A stretch of DNA of 63,300 nt, filler included, from Reticulomyxa filosa (GCA_000512085.1; 28 parts of 28 records of this genome joined end to end with filler, not necessarily neighbours in it), one strand, 5' to 3'. Counted from the first letter of the whole stretch, positions 38,658-51,843 are shown. Made by a program: numbers and translations. The notes: generated from the letters alone by a model not told the origin.

Positions 38658-39268
38658 AAAAAATAGTGTCATCTTTTTCTTTTCTTTTTTTACCTAAAAA
38701 TAATAATTCATGTGTGCTAGTTCTTAAAGTATCTCTTGCATCTCCTACTACATCTTGCATATTTGCCACATCAAACATAATATGATGTGGTGGTGCCAAT
38801 TGAGAATAATGATATTGTTGAAAATTATGAATTTGAAAAGCAAATAAATGTGCAACAGATGCAAAAAACATTTCAATGCAGATAATGAAATCTTGTAAAC
38901 CAACTGCAATACTATTTTCATCCCATTTTTCTGTTCTTTTTAATAATCCTAACCAAACTAAACCTGCAATAAGCACTGATTGCCAATATGTAAAAAATAC
39001 AATACCCTTTACACATAAAAATTTATTTACTGGTTTTAATTTCATAAATATTTGATATCCTTCACTGTCATGTGATTGTTTTTTAAGTGCCACATAAAAT
39101 AATGCTAAACAATATATTGCCCATGTTTGTGACATTGAACGTAAACATGTTATATAAGGATAACCAACATTATACTCAAATACTCCTTCTTCATATATAT
39201 TATATTTTTGCATTATAAATGTAGATATTGCACAAATGGGTTGAATAAAGCAATATTGTAAGATACCT
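38644..39268 (-). CDS. TMEM184: TMEM184 / OSTalpha family transporter, 3' part
   Basis: SQTWAIYCLALFY..LKPVNKFLCVKGIVFFTYWQSVLI..GLQDFIICIEMFFASVAHLFAF. Confidence 0.93.
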
Positions 39269-39772
39269 ATAAATAAATATTTTATTTTTTTTATTGTTTT
39301 ATTTTTTATTNNNNNNNNNNNNNNNNNNNNNNNNNNNNNNNNNNNNNNNNNNNNTTAATTAATTAANNNNNNNNNNNNNNNNNNNNNNNNNNNNNNNNNN
39401 NNNNNNNNNNCTTTTTTGCTTCTTTTTTGCTTCTTTTTTTCATTCTTTTAAAACAAACGGACTCTTAAACCTAGCTTGAAAATAATAATCCCCTTTTTAT
39501 TTTTAAAAGTTGAACTTCAACAACTTTTTTGCACATTAAAACAGTTCAATAAAACCCTTATTGAGCCTTTTTGTCATTAAAATTTTTTTCATTTTGAAAC
39601 ACTAAGTTTTAGAAGTTTTGTTCAATTAATTTGAATTAGTATTTCACGTAACCACACTTTTTTAGATATTTTTTACCAAACAAAACAGTACATTCGAATC
39701 AAATACAAAAAACCAAAACCGTGTTACCACCAAAAAAAAAGTTTATTCCTAAAAAATTTTCAAACATCTATC

Positions 39773-40916
39773 ATGTCCAGTATCGTTGCTCCTGCCGGCT
39801 ATCGTTAGGATAATTATTAATTCCTTTCACCGAAATTTTTTTTGAAAATACAAAAAAAAAATAACAGCAAAAAAAACAAACAAACAAAAAAAGCGGAGGA
39901 ACTGGGAAAGTATGTCAGAATGTTGAAGGTCGGCGTTCCTGAAAACAGTGTTAGAAAGAAAGTTGTGTAACTATTGTTGTTAACGCGTGTATAATTTATT
40001 GTATAGAAGAAAAAAAAATAATGTGTGAATTTTTGCGCTCTTTCGCACGCCCATGTTCACGAAGAGAGAAAGAGGAAGGGGGGGGGGAGGGGAGAGGGAA
40101 GGGAGGAGAGGAAGAACGAACAAAGAACAAAAGAAACAAGGAAATGAATGAGGACAATAACAGAGGGAAATAAAAAAATAAAAAAAGTTAATAGAAGACG
40201 GGTTCGAAGAAGATACGTTTGACAAATATTTGAATCCAGAAACAGCAATAACAAAAACACAACCACCAATCCCCGAAAATGCCAATGGTGATAATGATCT
40301 TTTTGATGGATTAGACAATGCTGCCAATGGGGATGCAGAATTGCATGGAGATGAAAACGGACAATGGGGCCAAGAGGAAAAGCAAGCGGAATTATTCGAG
40401 TCCAATGGCACAAAACAAAATCCTCCACAGAGTCAAATATCTGATGTTAAAGCTGAAAATGTTTTAGATAACAATCAAAATAAACCAACCAATTTTGTTC
40501 CTTCGCCCAATGAAGGCTCGTTCATATTTCACTTTTTTTTTTTATATTTTATTTTATTTGTCATACGTGTATTTATATATTTTAACTTGTGTCATATGTA
40601 AATGTGTATATATATGTACACATACTGGCGTCCATTGTCTCAAACGCTTGTCTCGTAACCACTTAATAGAAGCATATGGAAAAAAAAAAAAAAACCGAGA
40701 CAATATATATATATACACGATATAAATAAATACAAACAGAATTAAAATTAGACGCACTGCCACCGATATTAGTGAAAAAAACATTATTAATAGTCAATAC
40801 ATTCATAGTCAATACAGGAGCATTTTTAAATCAGTTTGTTGCCATTTGTGAAAACAAATTACACAAAATTCGCACAAATGTCGAAAGAATGGAGACCACA
40901 CTAGGCATTTTGGAAG
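39773..40916 (+). CDS. WASHC3: WASH complex subunit 3 (CCDC53)-like protein, 5' part
   Basis: Spliced MSSIVAPAGY|PEELGKYVRMLKVGVPENSVRKK|LIEDGFEEDTFDKYLNP...|LKLDALPPILVKKTLLIVNTFIVNTGAFLNQFVAICENKLHKIRTNVERMETTLGILE (the CCDC53 helical domain). Confidence 0.82.
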
Positions 40917-41084
40917 GTTTCTTTTTTTTTTTTTTTTTTAAACAAAAAAAAAAAANNNNNNNNNNNNNNNNNNNNNNNNNNNNNNNNNNNNNNNNNNNNT
41001 TAATTAATTAANNNNNNNNNNNNNNNNNNNNNNNNNNNNNNNNNNNNNNNNNNNNCTTCCTTCCCCCCCTTTTCTCTCTTCCAG

Positions 41085-41232
41085 CGATGTGTTAGCTCAA
41101 GTAGAGGCAATGAAAACTATTCATGACATTAAAGCAAAGTTTGGAGGAGTTGTAACCGACTTGAATGTGAGATCTGGTCAACATGTGGCTAGAAAACAAT
41201 TGTTGATGAAAATCAAGAGAAGTGACAAATAA
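41085..41232 (+). CDS. Biotinyl-attachment domain, last exon of a biotin-dependent carboxylase
   Basis: DVLAQVEAMKTIHDIKAKFGGVVTDLNVRSGQHVARKQLLMKIKRSDK* contains the EAMK biotinylation motif. Not in the ORF track. Confidence 0.88.
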
Positions 41233-42964
41233 AAGTAACCAATGTGTTGTACAGACGCATTTCTTTGAACATCCTTTTTCAAGCTTTTGTTATATATTCA
41301 CCATGGCCGACTTTCAACCGAACTGTTTTTTTTTATTTTAGTTGCGTCCATAAGTCGATGTAACACTTCATTTCCCATTGCTGATATTTTCAGTTTTATA
41401 GTTATCTTGATTAAGCTGAAGTAGGGTGCTCTGACGCCCTTTTAAAATTTGTAATTTTCAATTCCTTTGGAATTGAATGGTTCATAACGTTTTATTTTTT
41501 TGAGGTATGAGTTTCAAAATAGCCATTAAAAAATTAGTCAATTCCTTTCTCTTAGTACCAGAAAACAACAACAGTGCTCAAGACACTTTTGTCATGGCAA
41601 CGTACTCAAGAAAAATGGGTACATCTTACAAGAATTATTTTGAAAATGACTATGCAGTATCTGATAGCTAAGACATTAGTCTTGGTAAATTTAAATCTAA
41701 TTTGTCAACTTGTGAATGTAATAGCACAAGGTACGTCGATCATTTGATTTTATATTTATTGATTTTAACGTGTGGGTCTGCATGTGCACAAACACATAAC
41801 AGAAGAGATAATCCCATTACGCAGTACAAACTGGAGGAATGTGAAGCATGTAACTCTGAACGGCGAGTACGCGTATTCCACTTCGAACGATTCCTACATG
41901 CAATCAATGAGCGTTTATGAGCGCCCAAGAGATGTTTTGTCTTCTCCATGTGTTCATTTGTTTGAGAGAGAGAGAGAGAGAAGGTAGAATGGATTTGCAT
42001 ATGTTACAATACAATGCAATACAACAAAAAAAAAGATTGAAGTGGAGTTTGAGTACTCAGACTCCAAAAGTAGCTGTTTTAAGCTGTACGCGATGCTTGA
42101 GATGACATCGCAGTCCCTTGAACAATACTCTGGGTATTCAATCGGGATTGATAACAAAGGAAATGTGTAAGTCTTGTATTTTGTGTATTGTGTATTCTGT
42201 TTGGATTATCACAATTTAATTACCCCCAATACATTTNNNNNNNNNNNNNNNNNNNNNNNNNNNNNNNNNNNNNNNNNNNNTTAATTAATTAANNNNNNNN
42301 NNNNNNNNNNNNNNNNNNNNNNNNNNNNNNNNNNNNTCATTCTCTTTCGGCCCGCTTTGATGGTATCGATCACCACATCCAATGTCTCTTTACTTGCGCT
42401 ATTTTCTTCATTCCCATCCTTGGCATCTTTGTGCAATGATTGTATGCTTTTGTCGTTGGTGTATTTATTCTTCATGTGGGTTGATGATCTCCTACCTTCC
42501 AATACCATTTTCAAACATATAAACGATTGGTCTTGAATTGTTGATTGTCCGTATTGCGCTGTGTCACAATTTTCCTATTTTTTTTCATTCATTCATATTT
42601 TTAAATTTAGAATTTTACACAAACAGACAATTTTTGTTAATGATAACCCGTACAATTCAAAAAACGCGTCAAACTGGCTCACTCCAAAACGATTTTATAA
42701 CAATCGCAATCTCCATAATCATTGAGGACTCGCAATATGTATCGTCCTCACAAATGCAGTGCAAATGCGTAGGGGGACATTACTAGATGCTTGTTGATAA
42801 CATTGACGATGTACAGTTGGATAATGATTTGGTCGAATATCTTGATCCACGTGGATTTGATGTCGTGTCTTGAGTGCTGCTGCTTGAGTCTTCATTTTGC
42901 CATCTATAACGTGTATCCAAAATTATTTTTTTTAACAAACACATACAAAAAAATATAACTTAAC

Positions 42965-45900
42965 TATTGTTATCCGCAAGCGCGCGGAATTATCAATAGT
43001 TTTTGGAGTCATAGCTCCAATATCAAAAAAATTTAATTTATTTCAAATAATTTTTTCTTCTTTCATTTATTATTTTTTCCTATTCTCTTTTTTTTTAATC
43101 TTTTTTCTTTTTTCTTTTTCAATTTTTTTTTATTATATTCCTTTTTTTTCTTTCATTTATTATTTTTCCCAATAAAATTCTTATTTTCTTTTTTATTTTA
43201 CAATTTTTTTTTCTTATTTTTCTCTTTTTTATTGTCACCTTTTTTTTTTTATTCCATTTTTTCTTACTTCCTTTTTCCCCGTCCCCCCCATTGTCACTCT
43301 TCCTCCCCTTCTCCAACTAACCTTTTTAAAAAAATAACTATTGTTGCTGGACATCTATATTCACACAACAAACAAAATTATATTTATAATTTTTTAAAAA
43401 CAAATAAAAAAATACATTTATACTTGGATCAAAACGCCAATTTCGTCTTTTTCCTGTGGAAAAACTCAAACAGTTTTTTTTTTTATTTAGATAAATAAAA
43501 AAATAAAATAAAATAAACATTCTTATATGCGATGGGGAATTCCTATTGTACTACATACACATACAATCTATTATATAACAAAAAAAAATATTTACATAAA
43601 TATAAACATACAAACCTGTATTACTCCTTTCGGAGACTGTGGTGGAGTTCAACCCCATTATTTTGTGTGTGTGTGTTTGTAGGACGATGTGAATACAGGA
43701 TAACAGTGTTCGTGGATGGAGGAAGCCTGTACAAAACACATATTAATGTATTAAAAAAAAAAAGAAAAAAAGATAAAACAAACATCTTTTTCCCCTTTCG
43801 GAGACGGGTGGTTTTGTACAGCGCTTCGTTTTTTTCTTTCATCACAGTAAGGCAATTGCAATTGTCACCACTCGCAGTATCACTTCAACGTCGTTATTTT
43901 TGTCGTCGTTGTTATCATTGTCGCCGTTATCGTTTTGCTACATCTATTCATTTTTGTTTAATAGTACATATCATATATATGCAATATACGTAATTATCAT
44001 AATTATACATTATTTTTGTGTTTTTTTAAAAAATAATTCTAACCAAAAAAAATGTACATTATGTATTAATTACGTAAAAAAAATAAATTATTTTCACCTG
44101 ATAAGAGTTAGAAGTCGTTGAGCTTCACTTTGACGATTATTGTTGTGTGTGCGAGACGTTATAATGGAAGATTTCTGTTTGCGATGGCGGACTGGAAATT
44201 GCACACGAGATTGTGGTTTTATCATTTGGAAGTGTCTCTTCGTGGAAGATACAATTACTAGTAGCACCACAATAATTCAATGCATTGACAATGTTTTCAT
44301 CAATAAATACATTCAACGCGTGATTATTTGAAATTTGTTGTCCACCAACTGTTCCACATGTTGCGCCATTTTCGACAAGTGGTAAATATTTTCTTTGTCC
44401 GCTGCTGTGCAATCTCCTATTTTATATTTGAATTGTAACGTATAACTTTTTCTTATAAAAAACAGCTAAAAAATATTTCTTTTTTTGCTAACACTAAACA
44501 TGCTTTCCATCTCCATCGCTGCTAAATTGCAATTATAATATTTTTGTTGTTGACTTGACCAATCCACTTCAAACTTTTGCTCGTCCAGTCCGCCTTTCGA
44601 GAAGCGTATTCACTTGCCATATGTTGTCCCTTGTTGGATTGTTTTGTTTAAAATTATACGTTTTTGTGTTATCTTTTTTGGATGATGTGATAGAGATAAT
44701 GAAAAAAATGACTCCTTTTTTTTGTTATTACTCGCGCAAATCTCGTAACATATCCATCGAAATTAGCCCACCATCTTTTTTAGTTTGAAATAGACCAAAC
44801 AATCTCTTTCCAAAATTTCATGCGAAATGGTCCAAAATGGTTTCATTTTGCGTGTTTTTGTGTTGAGATCTATAAATAGTGATTTTGTCCATGAATTTAC
44901 AAATTCAACTTACGCATTGCACAAAAAATTTGTCTCTTCAATCAAAAAAATTATATATGTGAAATACTGGGTAAACAGACATAGACTGCGATTATATGTA
45001 TCACTTACTATTGGCTATATCTTGAAACCTTCGATCCGATGGTACCAATTCTTTTTTTTTGTTACGAGTCCGTTGTGTTTCTTTTGTCTTGCGCTGGATC
45101 CACTCGTTTTTGTCTGTAGGTCGTATGGCTGCAATTTCAATCTCTTCGCCTTGTGTACTGTTCATTGTTTCCTCTCTTCCAAGCAAATTTCAATCAACAA
45201 AGAGGGAATACAGAGCGCCTTAAATGTTCAAACGTCAAAGGGCTACTTTTCTTAAAAAGAGAAACAAAACGTTACAATAAATTGGACAAACTTGAAGTCT
45301 GAATTTAAAAATTTGATTATACAAATAGTTTTGAGATTACAATATTATTCCAAAAAAAAAGAATAGAACTTGGTTTTCTTTTTTTTTTCCTCTTCCCTTT
45401 CTTGCTAGGTGTTGGAATGTATGGTTACACTCTTTAATTTTGAGCAGAATGACTTGGAAGCAAAAAGTGAATGTTTTTCGCTTAGACTTCTTACACTTTG
45501 CCGTTACAATTTATGAACAAGAAAAAGTAAAGTCGTTGAAGGGAAAAAGCAAATTGTTGTGAAATATTTATGTACATGTTTATACGTAATGACGTGTCTA
45601 AGCCACAACAATGTACACATAAACAATGAAATTTTGATCTATCTATTGGCATTGACTCCTTGTGTTGGCACGGTTGTGACAAGTAACAAGAGTTATAACG
45701 TGACTGCCTTCAAGAGTCTTAACAGTATCACTAACAATAACAACACGCACTTGTTGTCATGTACATCAATGTATCAACTGATCGGACATCAAGACTGCAT
45801 TATATGATGTCAGAGGCATCCGAGATGATAATATATACAAACCGAAGTTTACTTACCAACAGTAATGATAATAGCAACGGTGACAATTATTATGTCTCAT

Positions 45901-46805
45901 TAGTGCCATCGGCTTGTGCTTTTCAATGATCATTTCAATCGACAGTCACAATTGAAAGCCAATTTCTTATTGTTTGAATATACACATTAAAGTGTTTTGC
46001 ATCACTGTTTAGCCTGTTTTTACAAATACACCAAAGTAGAATTCTTCAAATTGATAAAACAAAAAAGTTTATAACTATTGTCATTTTTCACTTTTTTCAG
46101 AAAGAAGAAGTTTTGATCTAGCAATGTTTGTTATCCGTACATGATAACAATACTTTTTTGAGCCATAGCTCCAAATAAAATACAAATTAAAATATCAAAA
46201 TTTCAATCAATTTCTTTTTACTCTTATTAATTTTTTTTTCTTTCACTTAGTTTCTCTTTTTATTTTCACTTATAAATAATCTCTTTTTTTTTTTTCTCTT
46301 TGTTTTTTTCTTTTTCTGTCACATTTTTTTTACAATACTTTTTTTCACTACCTTATTAATTACCTTTTTCTACTCACCATTGTTAAAAAAATAACATGCT
46401 TTGCATTATCTTTGTCGCAATTGCTGATCTAATTCAATTATGTAGTAAAAATACCCACAACACTTTTTTTTAGTGATTGTGATAAAAACATATAAAAATA
46501 TATATATTTCTTTGCGATAGTGAATGCACATTGTATCAATCACAGGGATCACATTGTATGACAAAATGATTATCATATTAAATAAAAACATACAAACCTT
46601 TGTTTTTTCTTTCATATACAGTGTCAAGTTCAATATCAGTTTTTTTTGTTTTTTTTAGAATATACATAAAATGGAACACTTTGTGGTGTATGTTGAACAT
46701 ATAACAGATTATTATTTTTAAAAAAGAAAAAAGATATGCTAAACATTATTTACTCTTTTCGTAGACATAGTGACCTTCTACACATTAGTTTCTTTTCCAT
46801 TACAT
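42965..46805. repeat. Diverged tandem duplication of a multi-exon segment (42965-43860 vs 46128-46805)
   Basis: Collinear shared blocks: ttgttatccg..aata.ttttt.gag.catagctccaa, T-rich intron-like tracts, acatacaaacct and aaaagaaaaaagata..aaacat..tttcg.agac. Confidence 0.6.
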
Positions 46806-47269
46806 CTGACGTCATATGTAATGTAACGATTTTATGTTTGTATGCAGTATCATGATACATATTTTGATTTGAAGATCAGTGCTTGCTCAGAATTACAGCG
46901 TCTCAACACTGTAAAGTGCTTTTTGTTTAGACATTTGATGTACTTCCAATATTGTCAAATTGCCAAAGATAACATTGTTTTCGCTGGTAAGCCAGCAACC
47001 AGCATCACAACTTCTTTGGTATAGACTCTTGCACATACTGCACATTTTCCCAGCAACGTATTGGCGTCGCCCGCCGTCGTAATATTTTGTTTGTTTTAAG
47101 ATAAGTGTTTTAGGAAAAAATAGATAATATTGAGAAACTAAAAAAAAAANNNNNNNNNNNNNNNNNNNNNNNNNNNNNNNNNNNNNNNNNNNNTTAATTA
47201 ATTAANNNNNNNNNNNNNNNNNNNNNNNNNNNNNNNNNNNNNNNNNNNNAATGAGCCAATTTTGCTATT

Positions 47270-47450
47270 TGAATTGACAGTTTGAAATTATCAACACTGT
47301 CAAAAGCTTATATTCGTGCTGATCAATATACAATCTCCAATTTACCTTTGCATCACTTCCAATATCATAATTGATTCTCCACAATTGATATGTCATTGTT
47401 AAATTGTGATTAGATAACTTTTTACTCAATCGAATATAATTTCACTAATT
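47270..47450 (-). mobile_element. LINE 3' relic of the same family as 29790-30400
   Basis: atcactt.caatat..tgatt..ccacaattgatatg.catt.ttaaatt is shared with 29885-29940. Confidence 0.6.
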
Positions 47451-48473
47451 ATTGTTGTCTTCTTAATTATAATGGCAGCATATGTGAAATTACATTTACA
47501 ATGTAGGAGAAATGTCAAATATCCAATCATCACAAATTGACAGATTTATCATTTACTAACGGCGTGTATCAAAACAATTGAAAAGTGAATTATTTCTTTT
47601 TGATTTTTTTTAAATAATAATTTTAATGTTCTTGATATCTTAAACAAATTATATTCATCGTAAAAAATTCCTGAACTTTAATATTTTAAATCTAAAAGAA
47701 AGTAGAAAATATGCGGATAGATTCAATTTGGTTTACTTGTGTCTTTGAATAAACTGATAACTGGAATTAATTACAGGTAAACATACAATATATCTTCTAT
47801 TGTTTAAATTTGGTGACAATTTGTGTAATGATAAATCACAAAGAATTATAGAATCGGACGAATAAAATAAAAACAAAAAATTTATTCAAATTTCCAGTTT
47901 GCGCTAACTGTTTTGATTTTAGTATAGAAGTATACCTGAATTCAATTATAAATATAAATTGTCTATTCTTATTTATTTTTTTTTTTGCAGTAAACGATAA
48001 TAACTGTATCAAGTGATTTGAAGATAAAAACTTGTAACAAATTAAAGTATTAACAAAGTTTTGCATTAAGTTAATAATGTTACTTAGAGACACAGTACAA
48101 ATTTAATAATTAATTAATCGCTAAATCAAAATGAAAAATAAAATTAAGAATGAATAAAATAAGTTTACATTAATGTAATATATTTTTTATTTTATATTAA
48201 GAAAATATACGATAAATATGATAGATATTAAAATTTCATTATAATTATTTAATACTTATTTTATTTATACATATATATCGTTTATCGAATATATTTCTTC
48301 TATTTTAATTATTCAACCTAATTTTTTGCGTACAAATATTATACTATACTAAATTTTTAATATAAGTTTCAATACATTTAAATTTTGTATGTTCAAACTG
48401 TTATATTGTGAATAAGTCAAAAAGTATAAATTTCATGACTGTATATTATGAAACTTAATTTAATAACTGATTG

Positions 48474-48685
48474 TGTAGGACAAGCCCTTATCACGCATGG
48501 CTGAAGGAGCTCCCTTTGGGTTAAACCTCCTCAACAAACTACCTCTTACTTACTTGCTTTCTTTACTTTCTTTTGTCCTTTGATTTATTCTTTAATTTAC
48601 TTTTGTTTACTGAAAGTCACTCTCATTTCGAGTAACACTCTTTCGTATTACATTTAGTGAAGCTCTTTACCGTAGACTCCCCACA
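48474..48685. mobile_element. Intact solo LTR (212 bp) with 4-bp target-site duplication
   Basis: ATTG|TGTAGGA...CTCCCCACA|ATTG: TG..CA termini and direct repeat ATTG at 48470-48473 and 48686-48689. Contains the family core tttcgtattacatttagtg. Confidence 0.8.
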
Positions 48686-49204
48686 ATTGTTACTATAATT
48701 CAAAAGTCATTGTTTATTTTTAAAAAAAAGGCACAGAAGTATTTGAAGGGCACTATTCTCATTTGGAGCGAAATGTATCCTAACTTATTCCGGAAACTAC
48801 ACTTTGGTAAAAGGACATCTTCTGGACATCTCGTTGAAATTGATTTAAATACTGCCTCCTAAATTAATCTTAAACATAAGATAAAAAATTCACAGCCAAC
48901 AGAGGACTTATTCAACTACTAGAAAATCTTAATCGCAAATGTTTTTAAAGGTTGATTTTGGTTGCATGTGCTTTGAGGGGACTATGTTTGAAAATGAACA
49001 AAAAAATTATTTCAATTTTTTTAAAAAAAACAAAATCTCCAAACTTGAGCAAAAAAAGCACAAATATTTTCTTTTCATGCTCAAAAAAAAAAATCTCAAA
49101 AGGANNNNNNNNNNNNNNNNNNNNNNNNNNNNNNNNNNNNNNNNNNNNTTAATTAATTAANNNNNNNNNNNNNNNNNNNNNNNNNNNNNNNNNNNNNNNN
49201 NNNN

Positions 49205-49971
49205 TCTTCTTCTTTATTCTTATCTCCCTCTTCGTCTTCATCATCGCCATCATGTCCACTCTTTTCTTCTTCTTCTTCTTCTTCTTCTTCCTCCTCCTCT
49301 CTCTCTTCGTCCATTTCTATCACTTCATCCTCCACTTTGTGCTCATTGTTCGTCTTTGATTGTTGCTGTTGCTGTGATGTAGCAGAAGAAGCGGAAGAAG
49401 GGGGGTGCGCTACTTTATCCTCTTGACTTCCATTCACACTTGCTGACACAGAAGACGCGATTGAATTCTTGGCGGCTTTGTCATCTGCTGTTTTCAGGGA
49501 CTCAGTCTTACCACTCGATCTACTCGGCTCCTCTTCCGTCTCTTCGTCTTCTCTTTTCCCTTTGCTTATTACTGCTACTGCTGTTGCTACTGCTGTTGCT
49601 ACTGCTGTTGCTACTGCCGGAACATTTGGCCTTTGGGCTGTACTTGCTGTGCTAGACACATTCTCTGTCGCATTGCTTTCTACTTCTCGCTGCTGCTGCT
49701 GTGTTCCGCTTTTTAAGGTCTTGCTTGATCTCTTTTCTATTCGACTCATTGGCGATGGAAAATCTTTGTTCTCTTCTTCCGATTCACTTGCTGTTACCTC
49801 TTCATACTCCGACTCTTCGTCGTCTTCTCCTTCTGCTATTTTTTCCTCTTGCTGCTCTGTTGGCTTTGCTACCTCCTTGCTCTTTGCTTCTGTTGTTTGT
49901 CCATCTCCACTTTCGCTTTCACTTGCAGTTACTTCTTCATATTCTGTTTCTTCATCACTAGAATGAGACAT
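49205..49971 (-). CDS. Acidic low-complexity protein, N-terminal part
   Basis: ORF open from ATG 49971 to the contig end. Duplicated EYEEVTASESE motif, (ATAV)3 and polyE. Confidence 0.7.
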
Positions 49972-50834
49972 TATATTTTACTTTGTTTTATAAAAAGGAA
50001 AGGGACGTCTTGCAGTTTTGTCACCAAACAAAGGTTCACCTTACATTACCAATTCTTTTGTTTGTCATCACGGCAGGCCGAGTAACTGGCATAGAACCAA
50101 AATTATAGGCCTACTATTTCTTATTTTGTCACTTTGGAAAAAAAAATTAGTTTATAGAGAAAGTCTCTAACAGTTTGGGTCGGTTTTCCAAAAGAATAAG
50201 ATCCTTTTCACGAAAATTTTACTTACTTTTTCAACTTACTTTAACTTTAGATCTATCAAACAACAAATTCTTCATACTCGTACAACAAAATTTTTGAGAT
50301 AATCGTTTGGTCCAAACATAACTTGCTAAGAAGGCTTAGGCCTTGATCACAGCCAAAATAGTGTTTCTTTTACAAAAAAGTTGTTCAATAACTTCTACTT
50401 AAAGAATATACAGAACAGCTCTTCAAGTTAAAAAAGCTTGAGTTGACAAAAGAGCATAAGAATATTGTAAAATTTGGAAGCTCTTAAAAGATTTCTTAAG
50501 TTAAAACAGATCTTTCCTTTGCCTTATTGTTTATGCCTACTTAACATAATTACCTCAAGTCAAATTGTATTTTGAATAAATCAATTGTTGAAACAAAGAT
50601 TATTAGATTGTTAATGCTTCGAATGAAAAACTCACAAACACAAAAGTATTGATTTACAATTTTTTTAATTTCAAAAATGTTTTTCCTGAAGACTAAATAC
50701 GCGTGATCTTTACATAACTTTGTTTATATTTTAAAAGACTTTAAATCCTTGTCGTAGTGTAAAGCAGAAGGGGTATGTATGGTTAGCAAGGACGTAAAGT
50801 TCGGTTATCTAAAAGTAATAATCTATTATTGAAT

Positions 50835-51350
50835 ATGAAACGAGTATTGGGATGTGGAAGGTATTTTATTTCTATTTTTTGAAAAAAGAGCGAGTTTTCT
50901 TGAATGTTTGTTTTTCTGTGGACTGACAGCAACGTTGTGGACATTTTCCACAAAGTTCGGTCTTTGCCAAAGAGTGGTGAAAAAACTTTTTACACGAACC
51001 TAATGGAGCCAATAACAGATACGATTGTTGGTGGAGTAACATTGAATCATTTAGTATGGGCACGCTTACTCGGTGTGCCAGTAGGCTTATTGGCGCTGCA
51101 AGGAAAGGATCAATACGGAGAAATAATTCGTAAGACCTTGCAATACTACAATGTATCGACTGATACAATTGATGTTTCATCGAAATATGTGACAAGCGTA
51201 AGCGATGTGTTTGTAGACGAGAAAGGTGAGCGTGCTATTTTAATGGCACCAGCATCGACATCTACGATTGACAAAGACGTCGTAAATACCATTTTTAAGC
51301 CCCACATAATGTCACCCGAGACAGCCATGTTATCCACCGAAATTAGTCAA
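50835..51350 (+). CDS. PfkB/ribokinase-family carbohydrate kinase, 5' part
   Basis: MKRVLGCGS|NVVDIFHKVRSLP..GGVTLNHLVWARLLG..QGKDQYGEII..VFVDEKGERAILM. Intron 50861-50929. Confidence 0.88.
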
Positions 51351-51391
51351 GTTATTGAACTTTAAAAAAAAAGGGGGGAAAGGAATAGCAC

Positions 51392-51438
<47 letters not shown>

Positions 51439-51538
51439 NNNNNNNNNNNNNNNNNNNNNNNNNNNNNNNNNNNNNNNNNNNNTTAATTAATTAANNNNNN
51501 NNNNNNNNNNNNNNNNNNNNNNNNNNNNNNNNNNNNNN

Positions 51539-51684
51539 GTCGGGCACACGAAGGTGAAGTCGGCCGGGTAGAAGAACACGACGGACCATTTGCCCAGCAG
51601 GGTCTGGTCAGTCACGTCGATGAACTGGCCGTTGTGGAAGGCTTTGCTGGCGAACGGTTTGATCTGGCTATTGATGATGGACAT
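51539..51684 (-). CDS. ahpC: Alkyl hydroperoxide reductase C (bacterial 2-Cys peroxiredoxin), 5' part
   Basis: [29 protein letters not shown]; AAGGAG ribosome-binding site 7 nt upstream; GC-rich codons. Confidence 0.95.
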
Positions 51685-51843
51685 GCTCGGCTCCTTGGTT
51701 CAGTGAGGGGGTGAACTGCAATGAACAGGATTGTGCCGAAGCTGCTATTATTGATCCAATTGAATGTTTTTCTGGTTTTGTTAGTTATTTGCAATGATGT
51801 GGGCGCCGACCGTGGCAAGCTGCGGCCAACGGGGCGGCTACGC

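Noticed and set aside
41555-42170. In-frame TAA in a spliced unknown gene as stop-codon reassignment
   Set aside because: Conserved genes here end at TAA/TAG/TGA normally and long ORFs have no internal stops. A pseudogene or a wrong start is simpler.
51394-51438. Long poly(A) as a retrogene or mRNA tail
   Set aside because: It follows a GT donor within an unfinished kinase domain and fits the A-rich intron 3' ends where many contigs break.
51740-51792. OxyR site upstream of ahpC
   Set aside because: Plausible by position and AT-richness, but I cannot fit the ATAG-N7-CTAT phasing convincingly.
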